Assembly: GCF_963921235.1 (NCBI RefSeq)
Contig: NC_086097.1
Span: 240,128,001-240,192,000 of the forward strand
Direction: 5' to 3'
DNA length: 64,000 nucleotides
From: Mobula hypostoma
Lineage: Eukaryota
The notes beneath the pieces were generated by a model. That model made no database searches and was not told where the DNA came from. It worked only from the letters and a program-made list of their open reading frames with translations. Positions within the stretch are counted from its first letter, which is position 1. The number at the start of each line of letters is the position of its first letter. Of the stretch, positions 11,455 through 25,505 are shown piece by piece. A program made the translations under genes and the position numbers.

Positions 11455-12282
11455 TTTAGAATCACATAAATAGGCCCTTCAGCCCCTCTGGTCTGTGTCA
11501 AACCATTAGTCTGACCAGTCCATCCATACTCTGACCATCCATGTACTTATCCAAATTTCTCTTCAATGTTGAAATCGACTCCAGATCCACCATATATGCT
11601 GGCAGATTGTTCCACACTCTCACCACTCTGAGTGAAGAAACCCCCCCCTACTGTTCCCCTTAAACATTATCACCTTTCACCCTTAACCCATGACCTCTAG
11701 CTGTAGTCTCACCCAACCTCAGTGGATAAAGCCTACTGCATTTACCCTTCATAATTTTCTATCAAATCTCCCCTCAATCTTCCATGATTCAAGGAATAAC
11801 ATTCTAATCTATTCTACTTTTCCATCTAACTCAGGTCCTTAAGTCTCGGCAACATCCTTGTAAGTTTTCTCTGTAATCTTTTGATCTTATTTACACCTTT
11901 CCTATAGGTAGTGACTAAAACTAGATACAATACGCCAAATAAGGCCTCACTGATGTCTTATACAATTTCAACATAACATCCAAACTCCTATACATAATAC
12001 ATTATTAAATGAAGGTCAATGTGGAAAAGATTTCTTCAAGATCCTACCTACCTGTACTGCCACTTTCAAAGAATTATGGATCGGATTATCCAGATCCCTT
12101 TGTTCTAGTGCACTCCTCACTGTGTAAGACCTATCCTGGTTGGTCCTACAAAAGTGCAAAACCTCACATCATCCGCCATTTTTCAGCCCATTTCACCAGC
12201 TGGTCCCAATCCCACTACAAGCTTTGATAGTCTTCCTTACTGTCGGTTGCACCCCCAACCTTGGTGTCATCAGCAAATTTGA
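11455..12282 (-). mobile_element. Decayed CR1 LINE 3' region
   Basis: Minus-strand homology to CR1 RT C-terminus and 3' UTR. Confidence 0.75.
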
Positions 12283-12595
12283 TAATGAAAACAGTGCTGT
12301 TTCACTTCCTGAGAAGCTCAGTCACTTTTATGCACGATTTGAAAATAAGAATAAAGCTAAAACTGTGCAAACATCCAGTGCATCCAGCGAGCCTTTTTAA
12401 TATGTCTCAAAATTAAATATCAGAACATCCTTCAAGAGCGTGAACAAGGCATCAATCCCCAGTGGCATACCTGGGCAAGTACTGAAGATTTGCTGAGCAA
12501 CAGGTGGTGTATTCAAGGACATCTTCCTGGGCAACTGGGACATCTTCAGCCTCTCAGTTCTGTGGTGTGAGGTTGCCACCTGCTTCAAAAGGCCA

Positions 12596-15500
12596 GCATA
12601 AGATCACAAAACATAGGAGCAGAATTAGGCCATTCAGCCCATCGAGTCTTCTCTGCCATTCCAACATGGCTGAACCCAGATCCCACTCAACCCTATACAC
12701 CTGCCTTCTCACCATATCATTTGATCCCCTGACCGATCAGGAAACTACCAACTTCCACCTTAAATATACCCATGGACTTGGCCTCCACTGCAGTGTGTGG
12801 GAGAGCATTCAACAGGTTATCTATTTTCTGGCAAAAAAAATCCTCTTTACTCTAAAAGGTCGCCCCTCAATTTTGAGGCTGTGCCCTCCCAAAATCATTC
12901 TTGAACCTCCTCTGAACTATCTCTAATGACAAAACATGGGTCCTGAGATATGGGTTCCAAAACTGTTGACAATACTCCAAGTGCTGTCTGACTTGTGACT
13001 TATAAACCCTCAGCATTATTTCCTTGCTTTTCTATTCAATTCCCCTTGAAATAAATGCCAACATCGTATTTACCTTCGTTACTACAATCTTGACCTGTAA
13101 GTTAACCTTCTGAGTTTTAACGAGTCCCTCTGCACCTCTGATGTTTGAAACTTCTCCCCATTTTGATAGTCTGCAGTATTGTGTCTTTTATCAAAATGCA
13201 TTATCATACATTTCCCAACACTGTGTTTCACCTGCCATTTTTTGCCCCTTCTTCCACTTTGTCTATATCTTGCTGCAATTGTATTGCTTCCTCAGCACTA
13301 CCTACCCCTCCACCTATCTTCATATCATCCACAAACTTTGCCACAAAGCCATCAATTCCATTATTGAAATCACTGACAAACAATGTGAAAACAAGCGGTC
13401 CCAATACTGACCACTGAGGAACACCACTAGTCACTGGCAGCCGATCAGAAGAGGACCCTTTATTCCCACTCGCTGCCTCCTGCTTGTCAGCCATTCCTCT
13501 ATCCATGCCAGTGCCTTTCCTCCAACATTACAGGATTTTATCTTATTAAGCAGCCTCATGTGTGGCATCGTATCAAATGCCTTCTGAAAATCAAGTAAAT
13601 GACATCCACTGCCTCTTCTTTGTCCACCCTGCTTGTTACTTCCTCAAAGAACAACAGATTTGTCAGGCAAGATTTCCCTTTGCAGAAACCATGCTGACTT
13701 TGACTTATTTTATCGTTGGTCTCCAAGTACCCCAAAACCTCATCCTTAATAATAGATTCCAACATATCCCCAACCACTGAAGTTAGGCTAACTGGCCTAT
13801 AATTTCCTTTCTTTTGCCTTCCTCCCTTCTTAAAGAGTGGAGTGATATTTGCAATCTTCCAGTCCTCTGGCACCATGCCAGGATCAAGGGATTCTTGAGA
13901 GATCATTCCATTACATCTTCAGCAACCTCTCTCAGGACTCTGGGATGTAGTCCATTTCGTTCAGGTGACTTATCTACTTTAAGACCTTTCAGTTTGCCTG
14001 GTACATTTTCTTTTGTAATAGCAATAACACTCACTCCTGCTCCCTAACACTCACAGATTTCTAGCACACTGCTAGTATCTTCCACTAGCAGTGATGATGT
14101 ATAGACTGATGTAAAGTACCCATCAAGTTCCTCTGCCATATCTTTGACCCCAGTTACTACCTGACCAGTGTAATTTTCCAGTGGTCCAATATCAAAACTC
14201 TCACCTCCCTTTTACTCTTTATATAACTGATAAAACATTTAGTATCTTACTTTATATTTTTGGTTAGTTTGCCATCATAATTCATCTCTTCCCTTCTTCT
14301 CGCTTTTTCTTTAAGTTACCTCTTGTTGGATTTTAAAAGCTTCCCAATCATCCAACTTCGCACTCACTTTTGCTACCTTATACATCTTTCCCTTGGCTTT
14401 TATGCAGTCCTTAACTTCCTTTATCACCCACAGTTACCTATGCCTACCAATTGAGAGCAACTTCTTCTGTGGGATATTCCTATCTTGCACCTTATGACCC
14501 ATTCCCAGAAACTTCAGCCACTACTGCTCTGCCATCATCCCCGCCAGTATCCTCCACCAATCCACCTGGGCAAGCTCCTTTCTCATGCCTCTGTGATTCC
14601 CTTTATTCCATTGCGATACTGACACATGTGACTTACACTTCTCCCTCTCAATCTGTGGTATGAATTTAGTCATATTATGATCATTGCTTCCCGTGGGTTC
14701 CTTTACATTAAGCTCCCTAATAAGATCTGGGTTATTACACAGCAACCAATCTAAGATGGGCTTTCCCCAAGATGGTTCAAGCACAAGCTGCTCTAAAAAG
14801 CCATTTTGTAGGTATTCAACAAACTCCCTCTCTTGCAATCTGACACCAACCTGATTTTCCCAATATTGAAGTCCCCCATTACTATTGTGTCATTAGCCTT
14901 ATTACATGCCTTTTCCAGCTCCCTTTCCAAACTCATCCTCACATCTTGGCTACTGTTTGGAAACCTATGATTCCCAGTGGAAAATTTTGCAGTTTCTTGA
15001 CTCCACCCACAATGTTTCCACATTCTCTGAACTTTTGTCACCTCTTTCTAAAGATGTAATTCCATCTCTTGACAACAGAGCCTATGCCCTCCTGCCTCTT
15101 CTTTCAAGACAAAGTACATCCTTTGATGTTAAGCTCCCAACTATGGTCTTTTTTTAAGCTACGACTCAGTGATGCCCACAACGTCATACCGGCTAATCTC
15201 TAAATGTGCTACAAGTTTGTCCACCTTGTTCTGAATGCCACGTACATTTATATACAGCTCCTTCAGTCCTGTATTCTTCATCCTTTTGAATTTTGCCTCT
15301 GTGGTACAATTTAACTCTATATCCAATCATTGGCCTGTCCTTTCTTGCATTCATGTTACATCCATCATCTACTTGTAAACCTGCTGGCTCTTCCTCAGAT
15401 CTATCAGACTGGTTCCCTTCCCCATGCCATCTTAGTTTAAACCATTCCCAACTGCTGTAATAAACCTTTCCAGAAGAATATTGGTCCCCTTCGGATTCAA

Positions 15501-15666
15501 GTGCAAGCTGTCCCTTTTGTACAGGTCACACCTGCCCCAGAAGAGGTCCAAATTTTCCAGAGATCTGAATCACTGGACCCTGCTCCAATTCTTCAGCCAC
15601 ACATTTATCTACCACCTCATTCTATTCCTATCCTCACTGTCGCATGGAACAGGCAGCAATCCTGAG
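12596..15666 (-). mobile_element. Long decayed CR1 LINE (endonuclease and RT remnants)
   Basis: ORF fragments 13228-13506, 13556-13906 (RT) and 14521-15041 (APE: IVMGDFN, ILD, SNDH). Confidence 0.9.
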
Positions 15667-15669
15667 ATT

Positions 15670-15998
15670 ACATAGAACATAGAATAGTACAGCACAGTAC
15701 AGGCCCTTCGGCCCACAATGTCGTGTCGACCCTCAAACCCTGCCTCTCATAACCCCCCCCCACCTTAAATTTCTCCATATACCTGTCTAGTAGTCTCTTA
15801 AATTTCACTAGTGTATCTGCCTCCACCACTGACTCAGGCAGTGCATTCCACACACCAACCACTCTCTGAGTAAAAAAACCTTCCTCTAATATCCCCCTTG
15901 AACTTCCCACCCCTTACCTTAAAGCCATGTCCTCTTGTATTGAGCAGTGGTGCCCTGGGGAAGAGGTGCTGGCTATCCACTATCTATTCCTCTTAATA
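15670..15998 (-). mobile_element. Young CR1 3' end
   Basis: FFTQRVVGVWNALPESVVEA; near-identical to 58495-58897. Confidence 0.9.
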
Positions 15999-16496
15999 TT
16001 ACTACTATTGAGGTCAAGCTTCTCAGCTTCCTTCCTAACTCACTGAATTTTCTTTTCCCCAGGACTTCCTCTGTTTTTCTACCTGGTCGCTGGTACCGGT
16101 AGGTACCATGAATTCTGTCTACCTTCCCTCCCTTTTCAGGATATTGTGGACGTGTTCAGAAACATCGTGGACCCTGGCACCTGGGAGGAAAACTACCATC
16201 CATGTTTCTTTTCCGCATCCACAGAATCACCTACCTGTCCTACTAACTATAAAGTCCCTATCACTGCTGCCATCTTCTTCACTTCCCTATTCTGGGCCAG
16301 AGTCAAGTGCTGGAGGCACAACCACTGTTGCTTCTCCCAGGTAGAGAGTCCCCCCACCAACTGTACTCGGAATGGCGTACTCACTGTTGAGGTGGACGAC
16401 CACTGGGGTTCATTCATACCCAAGAAGATCAGGGAATGCTGTCTCAACGACTACTTGGTAGCGCTTATATCTACTGAAATGAAGTATATCAAAAGC

Positions 16497-16745
16497 ACTT
16501 AGCAGTGGCTATTAGCACAACATTATTACATTGCCTGCGTCCCAAGTTCTGTTTCTGCCACAGTCCGTAAGGATTTTGTATATTCTCGCCATGCCTGTGT
16601 GGGTCTCCTCCAGGTGATCTGGTTTCCTCCCATATTCTAAAGACCTACATATTAGTGGGTTAATTGGTCATATCTGTGTTATTGGGTAGTGTGGGGTTGT
16701 TGCACTGGAAGGGCCTATTACCATGTTGCATCTTTAATAAAATCA
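16497..16745 (+). mobile_element. V-SINE-like SINE
   Basis: tRNA-like head and GGTTTCCTCCCA...AAAGAC core. Confidence 0.6.
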
Positions 16746-16784
16746 ATAGTAAAATGTTTGGTAATCGGCTGGAATATTTCTTAC

Positions 16785-16880
16785 CTGAGCTACAACCTGG
16801 CCCTGCCGCATTTCACCAACAGTCACCACAGTTCTACAGTAGATGCAATCTTACTGGCTCCGCACTCTGATTTGGAGCAC
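16785..16880 (-). other. Candidate non-coding exon (96 nt)
   Basis: CCTGACGCAAGTTTTACTAG| acceptor with CTGAC branch-like motif; CAG|GTAAGA donor; stops in all three frames; unique island between repeats. Confidence 0.35.
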
Positions 16881-17048
16881 CTAGTAAAACTTGCGTCAGG
16901 CTGTTGTTTATTGATTACAGCTCAGAGCTGAAAAACATCACTCTCAGTACTAATCAACAAGCTTCTGAACTGGGGTCTTTGTATCTCCCTCTGCAAATGG
17001 ATCCTTGACTTACTCATCGGGAGACCACAGACAGTGTGGATCAGAAAT

Positions 17049-18301
17049 AACATAGAAACATAGAAACATAGAAAATAGGTGCAGGAGTAGGCCATTCGGC
17101 CCTTCGAGCCTGCACCGCCATTTATTATGATCATGGCTGATCATCCAACTCAGAACCCCACCTCAGCCTTCCCTCCATACCCCCTGACCCCCGTAGCCAC
17201 AAGGGCCATATCTAACTCCCTCTTAAATATAGCCAATGAACTGGCCTCAACTGTTTCCTGTGGCAGAGAATTCCACAGATTCACCACTCTCTGTGTGAAG
17301 AAGTTTTTCCTAATCTCGGTCCTAAAAGGCTTCCCCTCTATCCTCAAACTGTGGCCCCTCGTTCTGGACTTCCCCAACATCGGGAACAATCTTCCTGCAT
17401 CTAGCCTGTCCAATCCCTTTAGGATCTTATACGTTTCAATCAGATCCCCCCTCAATCTTCTAAATTCCAACGAGTACAAACCCAGTTCATCCAGTCTTTC
17501 TTCATATGAAAGTCCTTCCATCCCAGGAATCAATCTGGTGAACCTTCTTTGTACTCCCTCTATGGCAAGAATGTCTTTCCTCAGATTAGGGGACCAGAAC
17601 TGCACACAATACTCCAGTTGTGGTCTCACCAAGGCCTTGTACAACTGCAGTAGTACCTCCCTGCTCCTGTACTCGAATCCTCTCGCTATAAATGCCAGCA
17701 TACCATTCGCCTTTTTCACCGCCTGCTGTACCTGCATGCCCACTTTCAATGACTGGTGTATAATGACACCCAGGTCTCGTTGCACCTCCCCTTTTCCTAA
17801 TCGGCCACCATTCAGATAATAATCTGTTTTCCTATTTTTGCCACCAAGGTGGATAACTTCACATTTATCCACATTAAATTGCATCTGCCATGAATTTGCC
17901 CACTCATCCAACCTATCCAAGTCACCCTGCATCCTCTTAGCATCCTCCTCACAGCTAACACTGCCACCCAGCTTTGTGTCATCCACAAACTTGGAGATGC
18001 TGCATTCAATTCCCTCATCCAAGTCATTCATATATATTGTAAACAACTGGGGTCCCAGCACTGAGCCTTGCGGTACCCCACTAGTCACCGCCTGCCATTC
18101 TGAAAAGGTCCCGTTTATTCCCAATCTTTGCTTCCTGTCTGCCAACCAATTCTCTATCCACATCAATACCTTACCCCCAATACCATGTGCTTTAAGTTTG
18201 CACACTAATCTCCTGTGTGGGACCTTGTCAAAAGCCTTTTGAAAATCCAAATATACCACATCCACTGGTTCTCCCCTATCCACTCTACTAGTTACATCCT
18301 C
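17049..18301 (-). mobile_element. Young 5'-truncated CR1 LINE with open RT frame
   Basis: ORF 17150-18400 is open from DVTSRVD to the C-terminus (FVDD at the active-site motif); (TTTCTATG)n tail; inserted in a Rex fragment. Confidence 0.97.
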
Positions 18302-18711
18302 TCTTTTCCTCCCCTTTGACAGGTGTACCTCAAGGCTACATGCATACTCCTCTATAAACACAAACGATTTGGCAGATGTTAGAAATCCAGGGTAATACAC
18401 AGAATGCTGGAGGAATTCACCAGAGCAGGCAGCATTTATGAAAAGGACTAAACAGTCAACATTTCAGGTCAAGACCCTTCAACAGAATTGGAAAGGAATG
18501 AGAAGAACCCTAAATAAGAAAGTCACCACCTTATTTTGGCTTCTGACCGTCTGAGTTCCTCCAGCATTTTGTATGTGTTATTATGTTAAACCCACTGCTC
18601 TACTCTCTCTACAGTCATAGCTGCGTGCCTAAGCACAGTTCAAATGCCATCTACAAATTCAGTGATGTTGTTGTTGGAATCTCAGATGGCAATGAGGAGG
18701 CATACAGGAAC

Positions 18712-20020
18712 CTCGAACATAGAACAGTAGTGTAGAAACCTTTAGCTGACAATGTTGTGCTCAACCAATTAAATTTTAATCAAATGGCCAACTAAACTAA
18801 TCTCCTCTCCATACATTATATCCATATCCATCTATTTATCTCACATTCATGTGTCTACCTAAACATCTCTTAAAAGTCTCTAACGTTTCTACCGCTAGCA
18901 CAATCCCAGGCAGTACATTCCAGGACCCCGCTGCTGTGTAAAAAAATGTCCCCCTCACATCTCCTTTGGAATGACCCCCTCTCCTTACACGCATACCCTC
19001 TGCTGTCAGACATTTCAACCCTTGGAAAAAGCTTCACAATCTTAAAAACTCTATCAGGTCTCCCCTCAGCCTCCACTGCTTGAGAGAAAGCAACCCAAAT
19101 TTCTCCAAACTTTTTTTTTATAGTGTATGCCCTCTAATCCAGGTAACATCCTGGTAAACCTTCTCTGCACCCTCACCAAAGCCTCACAATCCTGCCTATA
19201 ATGGAGCAACTAGAACTGTCTGCAAAACTCCATATGTGGCCTAACTAGAGGTTTATAAAGCTGTAACACAACTTCCTGACTTTTGCACTAAATGCCTTGA
19301 CTAATAAAGACAAGCTTGCCATATGCCTTCTAAACAACCCTATTAACCTGTGTAGTCACTTTCAGGAAGCTGTGAGTTTGGAATTCAAGGTAAATACTGC
19401 TAAGGATCTTACACTTAACAATGAACAGCTTTTTTTGCATTTGACCTACCAAGGTGCAACATTTCACGTTTGGCCAGGTTAAATTCCATCTGCCATTTCT
19501 CTACCCATATCGGCAACTCATCTACATCCTGTTGTACTCTTTGCCAGTCTTTTTCACTACCAACACTACCAATCTTCGTATCAGCTACAAATTTATTAAT
19601 CTACCCATCAACATTTTCATCCAGATCATTTATATACATCACAAACAGTAGACGTCCCCGTAGAGATCCATGTGGAACACCAGTCATCACAGACCTCCAG
19701 GTAGAACAAGTCCCTTCGACGACTGCCCTCTGTTTTCAATGGACAAGCCAGTTCTGAATCCAAACGGCCAATTCACCATGGATCGCATGCTTATTAATCT
19801 TTTGGATGAGCTTCCCGTGATGGACCTTGTCAAATACTTTAATAAAATCCATGAAGCCAACATCCGACACTCTACCTTTATTAATCACCCAATTCAAAAA
19901 AACTCAACTAAGTTAGTAAGACATGACTTACCCTTTGAAAAATCATGCTGTCTCTCCCTAATTAGGCCATGCTTTTCCAAATGCTCATAAATACTATCCC
20001 TAGGAATTCTCTTGAGCAAT
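18712..20020 (-). mobile_element. Decayed CR1 LINE (continues at ~21060-21710)
   Basis: Minus-strand RT remnants; ORFs 21093-21332 and 21335-21571 match CR1 ORF2 linker. Confidence 0.75.
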
Positions 20021-20024
20021 CCCC

Positions 20025-21055
20025 AAGACTCCTTGTGCACTTGGATCCTTGATTTCCTCGCTTGCAGACCTCAGTCAATTCAGGTTGACAACATCTCCTC
20101 CATGATTTCCATCATCAAAGGTGCACCACAAGACTGTACTTAGCTCCCTGCTCTACTCACTTTACTCTTACTTAGCCATGAGGCTAAGCACAGCTCCAAT
20201 GTTGCTGATGACACCACTGTCGTTGGCCAAAACAAAGGTGGTGACAAATCAACATATAGGAGGAAGAGTGAAAATCCAGCTGAGTGGTGTCACAACAACC
20301 TCTCACTGAATGTCAGGAGCTGATTGGTGACTTCAGGAGAAGGAAACCAGAGGTCCACGAGATAGTCTTCATTCGACGATTAGAGTTGGAATGGGGTCAG
20401 CAACTTTAAATTTCTCAATGTTATCTCTTCAGAGGATCTATCCTGGGCCTAGCACGCAAGTGCAATTATGAAGAAGGCGTTTCTACTGTGATCTGGTGGT
20501 GGAGAGTACGTTGACTGGTTGCATCACAGCCTGGTATGGAAACACCAATGCCTTTGAAAAGAAAATCCTACAAAAATTAATGGATGCAGCTCAGTTCATA
20601 CCCACCATTAAACACATCCACATGGAGCGCTATCACAGGAAAATAACATCCATCATCAAGGACCCCTACCAACCAGGCCATGCTCCCTTCTCACTGCTGC
20701 CATCAGGAAGAAAGTATGGGAGCCTCAGGACGCACACCGTCAGGTTCAGGAACAGTTATTATCCCTCGACCATCAGGCTCTTGAACCAGATGGAATAACT
20801 TCACTCAACTTCACTTTCTCCATCACAGAATTGTTCCCACAGCCTAAGGGCTCACTTTCAAGAACTCTTCATCACATGTTCACAATATTGTTGTCTTTTG
20901 CACATTGTTTGTCCTGTTGGATGTGATCTTTCATTGATCCTAACGTGTTTTTTGGATTTACTGCATCTGACCATAAGAAAACAAATCTCAGAGTTGTATA
21001 TGGTGTCATATAGTATATGTATTCGATAATAATCTAGTTTGGACTTTACTTTGAA
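20025..21055 (+). mobile_element. Rex1/Babar LINE 3' fragment
   Basis: ESTLTGCITAWYGN...HAPFSLLPSGR..RFRNSYYP motif; (TTGAACT)-like tail. Confidence 0.8.
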
Positions 21056-21710
21056 ATTTTCACCAGTAATTTCCGTTTCACTGACATGAGGATCACTGGT
21101 CCATTGTTTCCAAGATTGTCTCTAGATCCCTCCTTGAATAATGGAATGGAACAACATTAACTACTCGCCAGTCCTCTGGCTCCTTTCCTCTGGCTAGAGA
21201 GTGCACAAGGATATTGGTCAAGGTATCAGCAATATCTGCTGTTACTTCTCTCAATAACCTGGGGTTTAATCGCATCAGACCCTCGGAACTTATCCACCTT
21301 AATGCTCTTTGAGACACCAACACTTCCTCCACCTTTACTTTGAATGCCCTAGCATTTCAATACATGCTACACTGATCTTCCTGTGCTTCACATCTTTCTC
21401 ATTGGTAAATACTGATGTAAAGTACTCCTTAAGGACCTCACCCACATCCCCTGCATACAAGCAAATGTTCCCCTCTTTATCCTTGAGTTGTCCTACTTTC
21501 TCCCTAGTTATCCTCTTGCTCTTGGTGTCTGTATGGAATACTTTGGAATTCTTTATAATACCACTTGCCAAAGGCTTTTAATGGTTCTTCCCGGCTTTCC
21601 TAATTCCCTTCGAGTTCCTTTCTGGCTTCTTTATAATCCTCAGAGGCTCTGTTTAATTCTCGCTTCCTTTTCCTCTTTCTTCTTGACTAAGTTCATCACG
21701 TCTCTAAACA

Positions 21711-22953
21711 TTTTTTGCTGTGGTTACTAGGAAAGTTGACGAGGGTAAAGCGGTGGATGTTGTCTATATGGACTTCAGTAAGGCCTTTGACAAGGTTCCA
21801 CACAGAAGCTTAGTTAGGAAGGTTCAATCATTAGGCATTAATATTGAAGTAGTAAAATGGATCCAGTAGTGGCTGGATGGGAGACGCCAGAGTGTAGTGG
21901 TGGATAACTGTGTGTCAGATTGGAGGACAGTGTGTAGCAGTGTGCCTCAGGGATCTGTACTGGGTCCAATGTTGTTTGTCATATACATTAATGATCTGGA
22001 TGATGGGGTGGTAAATTGGATTAGTAAGTATGCAGATGATACTAAGATAGGTGGCGTTGTGGATAATGAAGTAGGTTTTCAAAGCTTGCAGAGAGATTTA
22101 GGCCAGTTAGAAGAGTGGGTTGAAAGATGGCAGATAGAGTTTAATGCAGATAAATGTGAGGTGCTACATTTTGGTAGGACTAAACAAAATAGGACATACA
22201 TGGTAAATGGTAGGGCGTTGAAGAATGCAGTATAACAGAAGGATCTAGGAATAATAGTGCATAGTTCCCTGAAGGTGGAATCTCATGTGGATAGGGTGAT
22301 GAAGAAAGCTTTTAGTATGCTGGCCTTTATTAATCAGAGCATTGAGTATAGGAATTGGGATGTAATGTTGAAATTGTATAAGGCATTGGTAAGGCCAAAT
22401 TTGGAGTATTGTGTACAGTTCTGGTCCCCGAATTATAGGAAAGATGTCAATAAAATTGAGAGAGTACAGAGGAGGTTTACTAAAATGTTACCTGGGTTTC
22501 ATCTCCTAAGATACAGAGAAAGGTTGAACAAGTTAGGTCTTTATTCTTTGGAGCGTAGAAGGTTGAGGGGGGACTTGATAGAGGTGTTTAAAATTATGAG
22601 GGGGATTAATAGAGTTGACGTGGATAGGCTTTTTCCATTGAGAATGGGGGAGATTCAAACAAGAAGACATGAGTTGAGAGTTAAAGGGCAAAAGTTTAGG
22701 GGTAACATGAGGGGGAACTTCTTTACTCAGAGAGTGGTAGCTGTGTGGAACAAGCTTCCAGCAGAAGTGGATGAGGCAGGTTTGATGTTGTTGTTTAAAG
22801 TTAAATTAGATAGATATATGGACAGGAAAGGAATGGAGGGTTATGGGCCGAGTGCTGGTCGGTGGGACTAGGTGAGAGTAAGAGTTCGGCACGGCCTAGA
22901 AGGGCCGAGATGGCCTATTTCTGTGGTGTGATTGTTATATGGTTATATGGTTA
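21711..22953 (+). mobile_element. Young 5'-truncated CR1 LINE
   Basis: ORFs 21897-22235 (YADD) and 22257-22871; (GTTATATG)n tail; same subfamily as 50915-51781. Confidence 0.95.
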
Positions 22954-22959
22954 AGTATA

Positions 22960-23320
22960 ACCCTTTGGATCTTGCAGGGGGATGACCAATCAGGGCAAAG
23001 CAACAGCAACCAGGACAGTAGCACCATGGCTAGCTCTGAGGCTCCGAAGGGAAGGGTAAAGTCAAGCAGTTTGGTGGTGATAAGAGACAGCTTTTAGACG
23101 AATGGACAGGAGATTCTGTGGCCATGCAAGAGATGCCAGGATGGTGTGTTGCCCACCTGGTGCTAGGGTCCTGGATATTTCAGAGCAGCTGCAATAGATT
23201 CTCAAGAAGGAAGGTGAGTAGAGGTTGTGGTGCACATTGGCATCAATGAATTAGGTAGCAACGGAGAAAGAGGACCTCCACAGTAAGAATAGGGAGTTAG
23301 GGAACAGGCTGCAGGACAGA
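22960..23320 (+). mobile_element. CR1 ORF1 (esterase/SGNH-like) remnant; similar remnant on minus strand at ~16000-16400
   Basis: MVCCPPGARVLDISEQL...VVVHIGINE pattern typical of CR1 ORF1. Confidence 0.6.
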
Positions 23321-25505
23321 GAAATGGCTGATGAACGTTAAGCACTTTGTGTCTGTCTTCAATGTGGAAGACATTAGAAGTATCCCAGAAATTTGAGAGC
23401 CTCAGGGGTCATAAGTCAGTGTGGTTGCTATTACTAAGGAGAAGGTGCTGATCTGAAGGTAGACAAGTCAAATGGACCAGATAGACTACATTCCAGGCTT
23501 CTGAAAGTGATAGCTCAAGAGATTGTGGAGGCATTAGCATTGATCTTTCAAGAATCACTAGATTCTGGAATGGTTCCAGGAGGATTCAAGAAGGGAGAGA
23601 GGCAGAAAGAGGGAAATTAAGCCAATAGCCTAAATTCAGTAGTTGGGAAGATGTTGGAGTCCACTACTAAAGAGGAAGTTTGGGGGTATTTAGAGGCGTG
23701 TGATAATTTAGGTTAACATTCAGTATGGTTTCCTTAAGAGAAAATCATGTCTGGCAACTCAGTTGAAATTCTTTGGGGAAACAACAGGCAGAATAGATAA
23801 AGGAGAGTCAGTGAATGTTGTTTACATGGATTTTCAGAAGGTCTTTGACAAGGTTCTATACATAAGGCTACTTAGTAAGATAACAGCCCATGGTATTACA
23901 GGAAAGATACTAGCAAGGATATAAGATTGTCTGATTGACAGAGGCAAAGAGAGGGAATAAAGGCAGCCTATTTCTGGTTGGCTGCCAGTGACTAGTGGTG
24001 TCCCGCAGAAGTCTGTATTGGGACCACTTCTTTTCTCACTACCTGTCAATAATTTGAATGATGGAATTGATGACTTTGTGGCCAAGTTTGTAGATGTTAC
24101 AAAGATAGGTGGAGGGGCTGGTAGTGTTGAGGAAGCATGGGGTCTACAGAAGGACTTAGACATATTGTGAGAATGGGCAAAGAAGTGGCAGATGAAATAT
24201 AGAGAAAGGAATTGTATGGTCATCCATTTTGGTAGAAAGAATAAGGGCTTAGACTATTTTCTAAATGGAGAGAAAATTCAAATATCTGAAGTGCGGAGGG
24301 ACTTGGGAACATTTGCGGTAAGGAAGTCGAATGCAAACATAGAAACATAGAAAACCTGCAGCACAATACAGGCCCTTCAGTCCACAATGCTGTGCCAAAC
24401 ATGTACTTACTTTAGAAATTACCTAGGTTTACCCATAGCCCTCTGTTTTTCTAAGCTCCATTTACCTATCCAGGAGTCTTTTAAAAGACCCTATTGTATC
24501 CACCTCCACCACAGTTGCCGGCAGCCCATTCCACACACTCACTACTCTCTGTGTAAAACAAAAACTTACTCCTGACTTTTCCTCTGTACCTACTTCAAAG
24601 CATCTCAAAACTGTACCCTCTCGTGTTAGCCATTCCAGCCCTGGGGAAAAGCCTCTGACTATAAACATGATCAATGCCTCTCATCATCTTATACACTTAT
24701 TTAGTATTTATTTTAAGAGGACCAGAATATAAGAGCAAGGATGTAATGCCAAGGCTTTATGAGGCATTGGTCAGACTGCACTTGGAATATTGTCAGCAGT
24801 TTTGGGCCCCTTATCTAAGAAAAATGTGCTGGTATTGGAGAGGGTCCAGAGATCACACGAATGATTCCAGGAATGAAAGGGTTAATGTATAAAGCCTGTA
24901 CTTAGTGGAGTTTAGAAGAATGAGAGGGGATCTGATTGAAACCGATCAAATATTGAAAGTCTAGATAGAGTGGATATGGACAGAATATCCACTGAGATGC
25001 AACACAGAGTGTCATTGGAAGTCATTCCTGCCTGTGGCCATCAAACTTTACAACTCCTCCCTTGGAGGGTCAGACACCCTGAGCCAATAGGCTGGTCCTG
25101 GACTTATTTCCTGGCATAATTTACATATTACTATTTAACTATTTATGGTTTTATTACTATTTATTATTTATGGTGCAACTGTAACGAAAACCAATTTCCC
25201 CCGGGATCAATAAAGTATGACAATGGAGGGCACGGCTTCAGAATAGAAGAATGTACATTATTGACCAGGGTAAGGAGGAATTTCTTTGGCCGGAGGGTGG
25301 TGAATCTGTGGAATTCATTGCCACAGACAGCTGTGGAGGCCAAGTCATTGAGTATATTTAAGGCAGAGTTTGATAGCTTGTTGGTGAGTATGTCTGTCAA
25401 AGTTTACGGGGAAAAGCCAGGAGAATGGAGTTGAGAGGGGTAATAAATCAGCCATGGTGGAGCAGATCCGATGGGCCAAATGGCCTCATTTAACTCCTCT
25501 GTCTG
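23321..25505 (+). mobile_element. Decayed CR1 LINE with nested inserts (CR1 tail 24336-24697 minus; Rex1 tail 24990-25221)
   Basis: RT remnants (GVPQKSVLGP); Rex1 end SFLPVAIKLYNS...GGGATCAATAAAGTATGAC. Confidence 0.8.

Noticed and set aside
17127..18242. Long plus-strand ORFs (230 aa, 134 aa) and equivalents at 38118-39233 and 46518-47627
   Set aside because: Antisense shadows of CR1 ORF2; no independent coding signal
20496..20798. ESILTGCITAWYG-type peptides resembling some annotated vertebrate protein N-termini
   Set aside because: Recurring Rex1/Babar C-terminal domain, present many times in the window
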